DNA from: the human T2T-CHM13v2.0 reference genome, Homo sapiens
Strand: one strand, 5' to 3'
Length of the DNA: 64,000 nucleotides
Assembly: GCF_009914755.1 (NCBI RefSeq)
Contig: NC_060946.1
Shown here: piece after piece, positions 27,760-40,979 of the stretch
Layout of the letters: each line of letters opens with the position of its first letter
How positions within the stretch are numbered: position 1 is the stretch's first letter
The notes under the pieces: model-generated
Told to the model about the DNA's origin: nothing
Databases searched by the model: none
The model's input: the letters and a program-made list of their open reading frames with translations, nothing else
Made by a program: the position numbers and the translations under genes

Positions 27760-29535
27760 CTAGAGGATGGCCAGAGGAGGGTAGCGAGGCCAAAGCCAAA
27801 GCGTCAAGTGCGATGAGGACAGAAGCATAGGTGTCTCCTCCGTGTGTTTGCAAAGCACAGAGCTGAGACCAGGCTGGGCACCCCGAGATTGCAGGGCCAC
27901 AGCTCCGGCAGCCCCCAGAGACGAGCTGTGTAGCACAATTCTCAGCATTTAAAACATAGGATGCTGTGGCTGGCTCTCTTGAGGGTGGGACACCCTGGGA
28001 GTTCTCCCAGAAACACCTAGATAAGATGTGAGAGAACAGGGACTCTGAGAGAGCAGATGGGGCAAGGTCCAGGGACATTTGGGTCCTTCCTGGTAACATG
28101 GCCCATCCCCATGTCCATAGGCCAGAGGGAGGTGGTGAGCTGTGCCTGCCAGCAGCCAGCACACTTTCCTTCTCCTGCAGCCTAAAGAGCATCTCGCTGG
28201 CCTCTGATGAGCTCTCCGGTGCCTCCCACCCCTAGACCCGCACCCTTTATCATGTGAAACCGGGGCACCAGCAATAGTTGTCACTACTGACCAAATGCAA
28301 GATGGGCCCGGCAGAAGGGGTGGTGGATCCAGGCCAGGAAGTCAGGGCCTCATCTTGTAGCCAACAGCAGCCCCTGCTACACCCCTGCCTCCCCATGTCT
28401 CCCACGCAGGAAATGAGGGAGCTGATCCCTTGGCTGTGAGCAGGGTGGGCCATCCAACAGCCATTCCTGCACTGCCACGTCCCTCATCACCACAGTCAGA
28501 CCTCACGCCCCCACCACCGTGCAACACGTCCTAAATCCAATTGATAAGATGTAAAACATTGCCTCCCCCACCTTCTGTGCACAGTGGGTCAAAAGTAGGT
28601 GACGTTCATTGCATTACTTGGCATAAACATGATTTTAATAATTACCATGGGCCAGAACCCACGCCTGCTCTTGAATAATGAGCACTGAATTCTATTATAG
28701 TTCAGGATTAAATATCTTCCAGCTCAGTTCCTGCAGCAGGCTGGCGAGGCGATGTCCGTGGCCCAGAGCATGCCTCCATGGTGTATACGGCCCAAGATGA
28801 AAAATCCCTGCTGCTATTCTGAGCCCCTAATAACATATCATTTTGCAGCCATATACAGCCACATCTGAATTATAGGCTGTATTTTGTAATCAAGAGGATT
28901 TGCTTGAATTTGTTATAATTTTAGGTGGTTTTCTTGTTCACTGAAGATAATAATTATTCTCTACCTGAGGACACATACTAGTCTTATGACAACATCTTCA
29001 CGTTGGAAACGGTTTATTTATAGTTCTTATCTGCACCATCAATATCAGGAAGCTTTAACATCTGCACGTCTTGGTGAGCTGCGCCCAACATCCCAGCCCC
29101 AGAGCAGGGCAGGAGCTCAGAGACCACTCCCACAGCCAATCTCCCAGAACCTCTTCCTCTTGCCAACGAGGACAGTGAGGCCCTGGGAGGTTAGTTGGCT
29201 CACCGAAGGTTACCTGAATAATTTAAGGCCCTTTGGTAACACACATTAACTCTGCATTTCAAACACCTCCCCGCTGCAAGTGTATTTCAGCAGTCAGTTT
29301 TCTTCACTAACCCATATATGAGGGAGATAGGAAGAGAAGTGCAGGTGGTAAGTCGCAGGTGACCAGACACTTGTGTTAGGAAAATCCAGAGCCCCCCACG
29401 CCCCAGGAAGCAGCCAACAGAGAATCGCCTCCATGGTGTGGATTTAGAAAGCAGAGTTTAGAGATTTTTCCTGAGAAATTGTGTGGAAGCATGGTTATTT
29501 GAGATGTTCATGAGGTGAAGAACATTCATGGACAT

Positions 29536-29536
<1 letters not shown>

Positions 29537-29582
<46 letters not shown>

Positions 29583-29593
29583 AGAGAGAGAGA
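29537..29593. repeat. (CA)21(GA)n compound microsatellite
   Basis: Directly visible. Confidence 0.95.
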
Positions 29594-29982
29594 AAGGGAA
29601 ACCCCCTCCTATCCGACGTTGCCTCATGATGTTGATGCTACAGTCATAAAACCTTATTTTGCAGATTACAAAACAATTTCAATAGAATATCCCATTTGAT
29701 CCCTCCAAAACAAAACCATATGTGGTAGAGAGACAGGTATCATGATTACCATTTTTCAAGAAAAACAAAAGAGATGGAGATCCGGGGAGTTGAGAACTCA
29801 CTCCCCAACACTGGCTGGGGCCTGTGGGGCGTGGGTACATCTCCTGCTCTCGGCTCCATTGTTCTTCCCTTGCTGTCTCACCCTCCACCCCAGGAGGGTT
29901 TCCAGGATCATCACTGTCCAGGTGCCTAAAATCCCACCATCCAGAAGCAACCTGTATCTTGTCATTTATTCAGATGTTATAG

Positions 29983-30288
<306 letters not shown>

Positions 30289-30306
30289 TGTCTACATATA
30301 AGTCTT

Positions 30307-30765
30307 ATGCTTTGCTGATTAAATGTACCTTTAGGTATTTTAGAAAGTTAATTCGTTATGATGAATAGATTTTCTGTCCATCTCCACTTGAAACTGGATA
30401 GTTCTGAAAGAATTGTTATTATTCTGTTGTGAATTGACCTTCTGCCCCAGCGACGTCACCACATTCACGGGTGGTGTTCATGGTGTCTTCAGTCTTTTGG
30501 TTTTCTGGGGATACAACCATATCCTGGACCAGTGAATAAGTCTTTTCAATGTTAATTATGTATCGAATAACATTCCAACCAGATTCCCCATGGATATTTT
30601 GGCAGACTGGACAAAGCAATCTTCAACTGCACACGGAAGATAGAATGTCCAGGAATTGTTATTTGTTTAATTAAGTATAAATACCTCCTTCCATCAAGAC
30701 AATATGACATTTCCACACATAGACCAAAACAGATCAATGGAACATAACAAAATGCCCAAATTTGT
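30307..30765. mobile_element. Old L1 ORF2 fragments in opposite orientations
   Basis: The minus-strand ORF 30419..30619 has 'QDMVVSPENQK', similar to L1 RT 'DDMIVYLENPK'. The plus-strand 'agaccaaaacagatcaatggaaca' resembles the L1 ORF2 C-terminal region. Confidence 0.5.
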
Positions 30766-30768
30766 CAC

Positions 30769-31120
30769 TGCCATGGCCATTTTTATGTGTCAACTTGGCT
30801 GGGCTGGAGTAGCCAGTTACTCAGCCCAACGCAAACCTGCGTGTAGCTGTGGAGGTATTTTGTAGATGTGGCTCACACCTCCTACTGATGGGCTTTAAGT
30901 AAAGGAGATGACCCTTGATCATGTGGGTGGAACTCAGCCAATCAGCCGAAGGCCTTCAGAGGAAAAACTGAGATTTCCTGGAGAAGAAATTCTGCCTCCA
31001 AACAGCAGCGCTAACTCTGCCTGAGTCTCCAGCCTGCCAGCCTGTCCTACATATTTTAGACTTACTAAACCCTGTGATCACATGAGCCTGTTCCTTAAAA
31101 TAAACCTCTCTTTCCACACC
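30769..31120 (+). mobile_element. MLT2 (MLT2C2-like) LTR, 5' LTR of the ERV-L remnant
   Basis: 'ttttatgtgtcaacttggctgggct...ggtattttgtagatgtgg...taagtaaaggagat...atgtgggtgg..ccaatcag...gaagaaattctgcctc...ttccttaaaataaa'. Confidence 0.8.
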
Positions 31121-31729
31121 TCAAATTTTCTGAATCAGTTCTCTAATCGGATTAGATTTCAAAGCCCTAATGACTCCATTCCAGGGGTGATGCGTCTGTA
31201 ACACAATGTGGCGATGGAGACACACACGAGCCCACAACCGGATGCTCCTCATAAAACACGCAGAAGAGCCAAGGTTCTGGGTGGCCATGTATTTGGTGCC
31301 TCAGAACATTTTTGTCAAACTAAAGAGCATAAGGAGATTGGCTGGTTCTCCTAATTGTGCTCGGCAAAGCAGGGAAAAAAGAGAGATGAGCTCAGGGATT
31401 AGAATTTCCAGCACGAGCACCCGGTAAGTGACCTAGAACTGTCTGGGTCTACCCCAAAGGAAGCCCTTCCCTCCTGTTGCTGCAGAGCTTAGATTTCTGA
31501 AAACGAAATCCAGAGTCTCATCCTACAAGTGGCTGAATTGCAATCAAAATTGAATCCCACTTTTTAGGGAGGGTGTTGATTGGAGGGCAGACCTGAATGC
31601 CCTCAGGACCACCCCCCCGCCACCCACCTCTCTTTGCTTCCAGGCCTGTAACTAGGCTCAAGTCCCAGAAGAAGCCGAGAGGTCAGGGGTTCATGCACGA
31701 GTGTGACCTGTGAGAAGGTGCACTATAAT

Positions 31730-32006
31730 TTTTCTTTTTTTGAGACAGAGTCTTTCTCTGTCGCCCAGGCTGGAGTGCAGTGGTGCAAACTCCGCCTCCC
31801 GGGTTCAAGTGATTCTCATGCGTCAGCCTCCCAAGTAGCTGGGACTACAGGCGCGCCACCCTGCCCAGCTAATTGTTTGTATTTTTAGTAGAGATGGGGT
31901 TTCACCATGTTGGCCAGGCTGGTCTCTAAATCCTGACCTCAGGTGATCCGCCCGCCTCAGCCTCCCAAAGTGCTGGGATTACAGGAATGAGCCACTGCGT
32001 CCGGCC
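31730..32006 (-). mobile_element. AluS with small internal deletion, inside ERV-L gag
   Basis: Reverse Alu lacking the gatctcggctcac segment; TSD cacta(t/c)aatttt. Confidence 0.93.
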
Positions 32007-32703
32007 TCACTACAATTTTAAAAACCTACATTTTTCCAATTTATAGAGACAGAAATCTCAGGACTATGTGTGGAAATGGACATTGAGAATGTGGGATAAT
32101 GGTGGAAGGAATATAAATTCAGGCTCAATTTGTTGATATAGGCTCACTAAGCAGAAATTCCCAATTCAGTGCTGTAGCTCAGAGGTGGAGGGGAGGCGGT
32201 GGTGGGGTCTCTAACCATGTGTTGGGCTGGTTGCCTGAAGGCTGAACCACAGCATGTGAGCTGGAAATGCAGGGCTGGAATTGGTTTACTGCAGAAGAAG
32301 TGATTCGAAGATCTGGAGAGGTTGGAGCATGACAGTGGACATATCAGTAAGACCCACTCTCACCCTGGGAGGGCCTAGAGGCCATGCCTTTGCCTGTGGC
32401 CATGAGAAATGAACGCATGCAGGATCCCAGCTTTGTTGAAGTGCCCTGTCGTTGTTCCCTTCTGTAGGTCAGATATTATGGTGGGAAACGCTGCCAGGGA
32501 ACTGAGATCCAAAAATGTAATGGGGGTCATTGGCCCCTGGTGTGGCAGGGTCAGGGGGCAGCATTTCACAGCCAGAGAACAAGGGGGCGTGGTTGTGGTG
32601 ATGGACAGCAGAGTCACTGCAGCAATTAGAATAGTCTGACCTGCAGAGACCTATTGTGTTGGTTGGTGGACTGCGGTGTCCATAAAACAGAAGTAGATGG
32701 GCA

Positions 32704-33013
<310 letters not shown>

Positions 33014-33899
33014 CTAAGTTTTTACGTGACCTATATAAGTGGAAATGTTCTAGAACAAGTGAACAAAAATGTAACTTGAATCACTCAGCCACAGCCCCTC
33101 AATCAATTTCCAGTCTTGAGCCAGTTTACAAACACAAAATCCCTTGAATAAAGGGGAGGCCTGTTCCACCTTAGGAAGGACCCAGCTAGGCTGCCAAAAA
33201 TTTAGTCAACTTTTCTCCCAACCTTCCCCAAAGGATCTGTGGCCGTTTACTGGGGTAGATGTACATTGGAGAAAAGAAACTAATCAGAGCTTTGGGGGAC
33301 TGCTGGACACTGGCTCTGAACTGACATTAATTCCAGGGACCCCAGAAGTCACTATCACCCTCTAGTCTGAGTCGGGGCTTAGGGAGGTCAGGTGGTCAAT
33401 GGAGTTTCTGCTCACGTTCATCTCACGGTGGGCCCGGTGGGTCCCTGAACCCATCGTGCGGTTATTTTCCTAGTTCCAAGTGCATGGTTGGGATAGACGC
33501 CCTCAGCACCTGGAGGGTCTCCATACAGGTTCCCTGACCCGTGTTGTGAGGAGTGTTACAGTGGTGGGAAAGGCCAGTGGAAGCCACTATAACAGCCTCT
33601 ACCCAGGACAATAGTGAACCAAAAACAATACTGCAACCCTGGAAGCACTGTAGACATTGGTGCCACCACCAAGGACTTGTAGGATGCAGGGGTGGCGAGT
33701 CCCACTGCGTCTTCACTGCATTTTATTTGGCCTGTGCAAAGGACAACTAGATCCTGAAGAATGACACTGAGTTCTCAAGTCACTTAACCAAGTGGGGACA
33801 CTCCACCTGTGACTGCTGTACCAGATGTGGGGGTACAATAAGACCTGGGGGCAGGTTTTATGGCTTGAGCTAATGGACACATCCTCTGGTCCCTGGTAT

Positions 33900-34494
33900 A
33901 CTCGCCCAACTTCGTGGCTTGCTGGGTCAGATAACACCAGTTCATGATGGGCAGCTCAGGTCACACGGTTACTGGGGGGCCCCTGATGAAGTGTTCCATT
34001 TGTCCTAAGGTCCAGCAGCAAGCCAAGAGCTGTTTCTCAAAAGGAGAGCAACGACAGCGGATGGTGGGGCTTTGCTCCCAAATTCTAAAACATCCTCCGC
34101 TGTGATTTACCTCTGGGGCCTGCCAAAGGCTACACACACAGTCCCTGTCTGCCACTGACACCTCAAACAACACTGGATCTGCTGGGTCTTATGGCCCAAG
34201 TGGCAGAGAGTCTGACATGTAAATGTCTTAGCAGTAAGTCGCGAGTAATTGCTACTTCTTGCTCACTAGGTCTCATCAGCATAAAGTCATCCATGGAATG
34301 AACTAGTGTGAGCTCTTGTGAAAGTGAAAGGTGGTTGACATGCTAAGAACTCAATTCTGACAGGCTGGAGAGCTGATGGACTGCTGGGGCAGGACCGTGA
34401 AGGTGCCTGACTGGCCTTGCCAGCTGAAAGCGAACTGCCTTATGATGGGAATGGAGAAGAAAGCATTTGCCAGATCAGTATCTGCATACCAGGG
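33900..34494 (-). mobile_element. Inverted ERV-L RT/RNase H segment
   Basis: The minus strand reads DLANAFFSIP..., LVHSMDDFML (decayed YIDD, ~34277-34306), EVSVADRD..SLWQAP, SPFEKQLLAC.W and LSDPASHEVGR. Confidence 0.85.
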
Positions 34495-35788
34495 CTCCTG
34501 AACAAAGCGCCCGTGGTGCCTGGGATGGAGGCTGTGCTTTGCCTCAGAAACAGACTCCCGCTCATCAAGCCCCAGTGGCTATGGCCACCATGGATTGTCC
34601 AACCTGCCAGCAGCAGAGACCAGCACAGGGCCCCAATGTGGCACCATTCCCTGGGGTGATCAGCCAGCTACCTGGGGGCAGGTTGATTACATTGGACTGC
34701 TTCCACCCTGGACAAGGCAGCATTTTGTCCTTGCTGGAACAGGCACTCTGGGCGTGGATTTGTCTTCCCTGCACTCAATGCTGCTGCAAAAACCACCATC
34801 CCTGGGCTCACAGCTGCCTCGTCCACCATCGTGCTGTCCACACGGCATTGCCTCTCACCAAGGAGCTCACGTGACACAAATGAAGTGCGGCAATGGGCTC
34901 AGGCTCATAGAATGCCCTGGTCGCATCCTGCTTTGTGTAATCCTGAAGCAGCAGAGACCAGCGCTGGGCCCCGATGTGGCACCATTCCCTGGGGTGATCA
35001 GCCAGCTACACCGCCACCTTGGTGCCAGCATCACCTGCTTTTGACCGCTGAGAAAACCAAGACACAGAGGGGCTGGGACACACCCTGTTTCTTGCAGGTG
35101 GGAAGAGGCAGTGCCAGGAAGGGAACCGGGGGCTGGCATCCCCCAGCCTCAATGCTCCTTCTCAAGTGGAGAGAAGTGCCCTGCGGAGCTGGCAGAGTGT
35201 CCCCACCACCTGCGGGCCAGGTCGCCTTTCCCAAGGGCCAGGAGCATGTCCTGGCTCCATCCCAGAGCCAGACCTCAGCCATCCTAAGAAAGCCCTGCCC
35301 CGAGAGACTCCTGCTGTGGGAAGGGCCCTGCGGCAGCAAGGACAGGAGGATGTGAGGCAGATTTGGGGTGGGGGAGGACTGCGGGAGGCCAGGTGGGGGA
35401 GGGGTGTCACCTGCCCCAGGAACCCAAGGGGGGCAGTGCCCAAGACACACACAGGCACCCCCTCCAAAAGAATGATGGAATAGCTTTTTGAAGACTGGCT
35501 ACAGCACCAGTTTGGAGGGCACCCATCTTGCACAGAGCACGCCAACTCCCCATTGCAGCCCCGGGCACTCCCGAAACCTCTGCTCTTGCTTCCTGACCCC
35601 TGGTCACTTGGGATAAACCTGGAAGGTTCTTCAAGGGCAGGTACAAGACAGAGAAGAAAGCGCAGCCCGGAGGAGAGAAGGTGGGGCATCTCCTCCCCAC
35701 CGAGGCCACCCTGCAGCCCCCCACAGAGAAGTACAGTGAGAAGGTCACTTTGAAGAGAGTCTGGAGGGAAGCCCTCAGGCTGCACAGG

Positions 35789-36096
35789 TTTTTATTTGTT
35801 TGTTTATTTGTTTTTTTGAGACAGAGTCTCGCTCTGTCACCCAGGCTGGAGTGCAGTGGTGTGATCCCAGCTCATTGCAACCTCCACTTCCCTGGTTTAA
35901 GTGATTCTCCTGCCTCCCTCCAGAGTAGCTGGGATTACAGGCACCCACCACCACACCAGCTAATTTTTGTATTTTTAGTAGAGATGGGGTTTCACCATGT
36001 TGGCTAAGCTGTTCTCAAACTCCTGACCTCTGGTGATCTAGCCCCCTCAGCCTCCCAAAGTGCTGGGATTACAGGCATGAGCCACCGTGCCCAGCC
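35789..36096 (-). mobile_element. AluS
   Basis: Reverse Alu body with T-rich tail. Confidence 0.95.
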
Positions 36097-37391
36097 TAGG
36101 CTTTTGACATCTGGAAGCAACCAGAAGAGCTTTGAGATGTGCTCAGGACCTCCGCAGGACAGGGAAGGATGCGGGCAGAGCTCGGCATCAGTTCATTTAC
36201 TCTCAGCCTTGAGAACAAATGGACCTGCTCTGCCGCCTCCACCAAGGCTGGCTTCTCCGCTCCTGGAATAAACTTGCTAGTCCATGATGGATTATCCATC
36301 TAAATATACCACAGGATTTGATTTCTTATTTAAATTTTATTGAAGATTTTTGAATCCAAATTTAGAAATGAAATTAACATGTAATTTTTTCTTCTTTTAT
36401 TATCATTATCAATCTTTGGTGTTCAGCTTTTCATCTTTTTGTGTGTTCTGGAATAGTTTAAATATCATAGGAATTAAAGAATAACCAGAATACAGTTCGG
36501 AAATCATTAACTCAAGGAGTCATTTTTATTAGGTGATTTTTAAAATAGTCCCAAGCTCCACTGTGACCAGAGTCTTCCAGGTAAAATGACAGAACTTACG
36601 GTACAAAATCAAGGTCAGAAGTGGCTGCATCAAGAAGGGCTGGGAGAGAGGGTTGAGTAGACGCTAGGATGGGGAATTTTCAGTTCTCATTTTATAGACA
36701 TATCTATGTTATTTTATTAAAGTTATTTCAGATATAAGACAAGACTATAAAGGAGACTAATAAACACCCTCTTGCCCACCACCAAGGTTTAGCAAATCAA
36801 AACATGATTTACTTAACAAATTCTCATATCAACTTTTTATTGTGCCATAGAGAACACATCTGAAAGGCCCGCCTCCCTGAGTGTTCACACACAGCGTACA
36901 TCAGATCACGAGGCAGGACCTGATCAGCCCCAGGAGTCTCTGGCGCTCTGCCTCACCCGAAGGGAGGCTCCAATCTTCCCTGTCATGGCAGGGATGCCTC
37001 TTGAGCCTCTTAGCCTCCATGTGAATGGAACCAAAGTCTCTTTTTGCTGATGGAATGTTTGTGGGATTCCTCCAGGAATGACCCTGTGCGTGACCTTGTG
37101 GCCCCTCCACTCCCGTTGTGTGTGATTGTATTGTGTGAAGTGTCTGGTGTATGTACCCATTCTCTGGATGAGCAGGCAGCAGGCTCCAACTGGGCACTAT
37201 CAAGAGAAGTGCTTCCAGAATATTCCAGGAAGTGGTACTTGGTAAACACATGGACCCATTCTATTGGGTTGATACCCAGGAAGGGAACTGCATGGGCACG
37301 GAATGTGCTGGTTTTTGGCTTCAGGAGGTGCTGCCCAGGGGCTTCCCAAAGGGACGGTGGCAGACACTGCACTGCAGCAGTGAAGAGGTAG

Positions 37392-37658
37392 ATCCCAGCA
37401 CATCTGGAGGCTGAGGCGGGTGGATCACCTGAGGTCAGGAGTTCGAGACCAGCCTGGCCAACAGGGTGAAACCCCGTCTTTACTAAAAATACAAAATTAG
37501 CCAGGTGTGATGGTGTAATGCCTGTGATCCTAGCTACTCAGGAGGCTGAAGCAGAATAGCTTGAACTCGGGAGGCAGAGGCTGCAGTAAGCCAAGATCGC
37601 ACCATGGCACTCCAGCCTGGGTGAGACAGAGCAAGACTCCGTCTCAAAAAAAAAAAAA
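37392..37658 (+). mobile_element. AluS, 5'-truncated
   Basis: Starts at atcccagca; poly-A tail to 37658. Confidence 0.93.
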
Positions 37659-37701
37659 GGTGGAGCTCCTTAGTCCCTCATCCCCAGGCATCTCCCCGGG
37701 C

Positions 37702-37854
37702 TGCTGAATACACAGCGGCAGCTCAGGGAAGCGCACAGGGTGTGAGGGCCATTGGACATGCCTTTTTGTGAGGAGGTTGCTGAATACACAGCGGCAGCTC
37801 AGGGAAGCAGCACAGGGTGCGAGGGCCCCTTGGACATGCCTTTTTTCTGAGGAG
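37702..37854. repeat. 76-bp tandem duplication
   Basis: tgctgaatacacagcggcagctcagggaagc...tggacatgcctttt..gaggag at 37702 and 37778. Confidence 0.9.
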
Positions 37855-37888
37855 TTTAGTCAAACATGAGGCCCCACTTTCTGCTGCA

Positions 37889-38231
37889 TTTTTTTTTTCT
37901 GAGATGGAATCACACTCTGTCACCCAGGCTGGAATGCAGTGGTGCGATCTCGGCTCACAGCAACCTCCACCTCTTATCCTCCATGTGAACCAAGCACATT
38001 CCATCCCCACGCGGTTCCCTTCCTGGGTAAAAACCCAATAGAATGGGTTTGTGTGTTTACCAACAGCCACTTTCTGGAATATTCTGGAAGCACTTCTCTT
38101 GGTAGTGCCCAGTTGGAGCCTGCTGCCTGCTCATCCAGAGAATGGGTGCATGCACCAGACACTACGCTGGGTTCAAGCGATTCTCCCGCCTCAGCCTCCC
38201 GAGTGACCAGAGTTACAGGCACCGGCCACCG
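37889..38231 (-). mobile_element. Alu right-arm fragment split by a 193-bp insertion
   Basis: Alu text stops at ...caacctccacctc (37973) and resumes at ctgggttcaagcgattctcc (38167); flanked by tg(c/t)tgcatt at 37882-37890 and 38232-38240. Confidence 0.9.
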
Positions 38232-38689
38232 TGTTGCATTGTCTTGCTTCCTTACCCATCTGAAGTTCGTTACACACGTTAGCTACGAGTCCTGTGTTGC
38301 AAACCTGCCTTGTCAGTATCCCCGCCCACCAACAGCTGTCCTCTCCCTCTCTTAATGGCATCTTCTAATAAACGGAACGTCCTCATTTTAATGTAACTCA
38401 ACGCATCCACTTTCCTAGGCCTTGTTTACGAAACCTGCCCCCACTAAGACCACAAAGATGCCCTCCTACACTTTTTTCTAAAAGCGCTCCTGTTTTCACA
38501 TTTAGAACGGTAATACATCTGAAATTGATTTTTATGTAAGGTAAAAGGCAGGGGTCAGGATGCATCTTTTCCCACACAGATATTCAGCTAATCCCTCCCC
38601 ACTTATTGAAGAGCCTCCCCTTTTCTTCCTGGACTGCAATCTTGGCTTTCTTTCAAATATATATATATATTTTTAATGAAACTCAAGGT

Positions 38690-39250
38690 TACAGACAAGT
38701 TTTCCCATTAATGTCCTCATTCTATTCCAGGATCTCATCCACAGCCCTACATCAGATTTACTTGTCAAAACAATCTGGTTCCTCTGGTCTGCAAGAGGTT
38801 CTACATCTCTCCTTGTTTGTCATGACCTTGACGGTCCCAAGCAGTACGGGCCACGCGTCCTGTGAACTGTCCCTGAGCCTGGGTTTACCTGCTGTTTCTT
38901 GGAAATCACACCACAGAAAGGAAATGCCTATCTCAGCACACCGCCCCGGGGGTGCGTGATTTCCACCTGCCATTGCTGGGGGTGCCGACCTTCATCATGT
39001 GGTTAAGGAGGCATCTGCCGGGATTCTCCACTGTGAGCTTCCTGTGGTTCCTTTTTGAGCCTATTGTTTGCAAACTAGTCATTGAGTCTGACCCTGCTCC
39101 CCTGTTTGGAGAAGAGAGGAGCTTATTAATCTCCACCTCCTGGATAACGAGGAGTAGCTACATAGAATCAGAATTCTACAGCAAAGTTTAGTGTCTCCTC
39201 CTCTATTTGTTTATTTATTCGGCCATTTATTTATATTCATGTGGACTTAA
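38690..39250 (-). mobile_element. L1MC-type 3' UTR remnant
   Basis: 'ttccaggatctcatcca...tccttgtttgtcatgaccttgac...ggttaaggaggcatctgccgggattctccactgtga'. Confidence 0.55.
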
Positions 39251-39629
39251 GACGCATATTAATTTTCTACACTGGCAAATCTTTTCAAACATTCAGTATT
39301 GAAGGCAGGGTTGTTGTTTGCTTCTGATTGAGTTGGAGCAAAAGGGACCAGGCTCAGCCTCTGACCGGAAGCAATAAAGCCAGAGAAAAATACATGAAAA
39401 AATCATTTTCCAAACACTGGACACCGGGCTGGGAAGGACCGGGGACCCTGAGAGGAGGGAAACCAGTGCAGTGACCTCTGTGATTGCTTCAGCCACTGCC
39501 AAGAGTTTCCAGCCACAGTACCCTGAGGGGCATCCACATGGGGACTGGTGGACCCCTGCGTTGAGTGGACAGAGCTCATGAGAGGGGAGGGCAGCACCGG
39601 GAGTGGGCCCCAGAGTTCTCCAGGCCCCC

Positions 39630-39789
39630 ACACCGCACTGTTCACTGAATATTGATCAGCACATGTATGTGAGGAAGCTACCTACACCGCAGTGTTCACT
39701 GAATATTGATCAGCACGCGTGTGTGAGGAAGCTACCTACGCCTCAGTGTTCACTGAATATTGATCAGCACATGTATGTGAGGAAGCTAC
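39630..39789. repeat. 54-bp minisatellite, 3 copies
   Basis: acaccgcagtgttcactgaatattgatcagcacatgtatgtgaggaagctacct at 39630, 39684 and 39738. Confidence 0.93.
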
Positions 39790-40497
39790 ATATATGTACT
39801 TCTCTGGCTACAAAGTCAGAGCAAGAACCACCCGGAAGAATGGAAGGAAACGATGTTCCAAGCTCGCCAGGATGGGAATATCGCCCGTTCTCACCAGGCG
39901 TCGAGAAGAGCTCAGAGTTCCTGGAACATTGAGGAGATTCTTCAGAAGGCTCATGTCTCTGAATAGGGGAAAATTAGCCCTAGACTAAATGTTGCTCTCA
40001 TTCTGCCTAATCAATGGGGAAAGCAATTCCTGAAAGGATAAAACTATTTCCAAGTAACGTAATTGTATATCAGAACAGAGCTCAAAAATAATGTAGGAAT
40101 ATAAAAAATTTAATACCAAAGAAGATAAAATTCATAACATCTGGCATCCAATAAAAAAACTACCAGGTAGTGCAAAATGAAGAGTAAAAAAAAAAATCAA
40201 CTAAAATCAACCCATGACCAACACAGATGTTAAAATTGGCCAAAACAGACATGAATATAGTTATTTAAATTATAACCAACCACAAGTTCAAACACTAGAG
40301 CAAAGATTGGGCATGTTAAGCAGAGACTTGGAGGTTATTAAAAAGCACCAAATCAAACATGAAAACTGCAGTGTATGAGATGAAAATACACTGAATGAGA
40401 TTAATGGAAACTTAGACATTGTGAAAGAAAATATCAGTGAACATGAAGGCATAGCAATAGAAACTATCAAAAATGAAATGTATAGAGAAAAAACTAA

Positions 40498-40979
<482 letters not shown>

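Larger units (their letters stand above)
36700..38620 (-). mobile_element. Old L1 (L1M) 3' remnant interrupted by Alus
   Basis: 'cattctattgggttgatacccaggaagggaactgc' and 'catctgaaattgatttttatgtaaggt...ggggtcagg' are typical antisense L1 3'-end text. Confidence 0.55.

Noticed and set aside
33144-35044. Domesticated or intact retroviral protease/RT/integrase gene
   Set aside because: Frames are short and broken, the RT catalytic motif has decayed to SMDD, and the segment is inverted and deleted.
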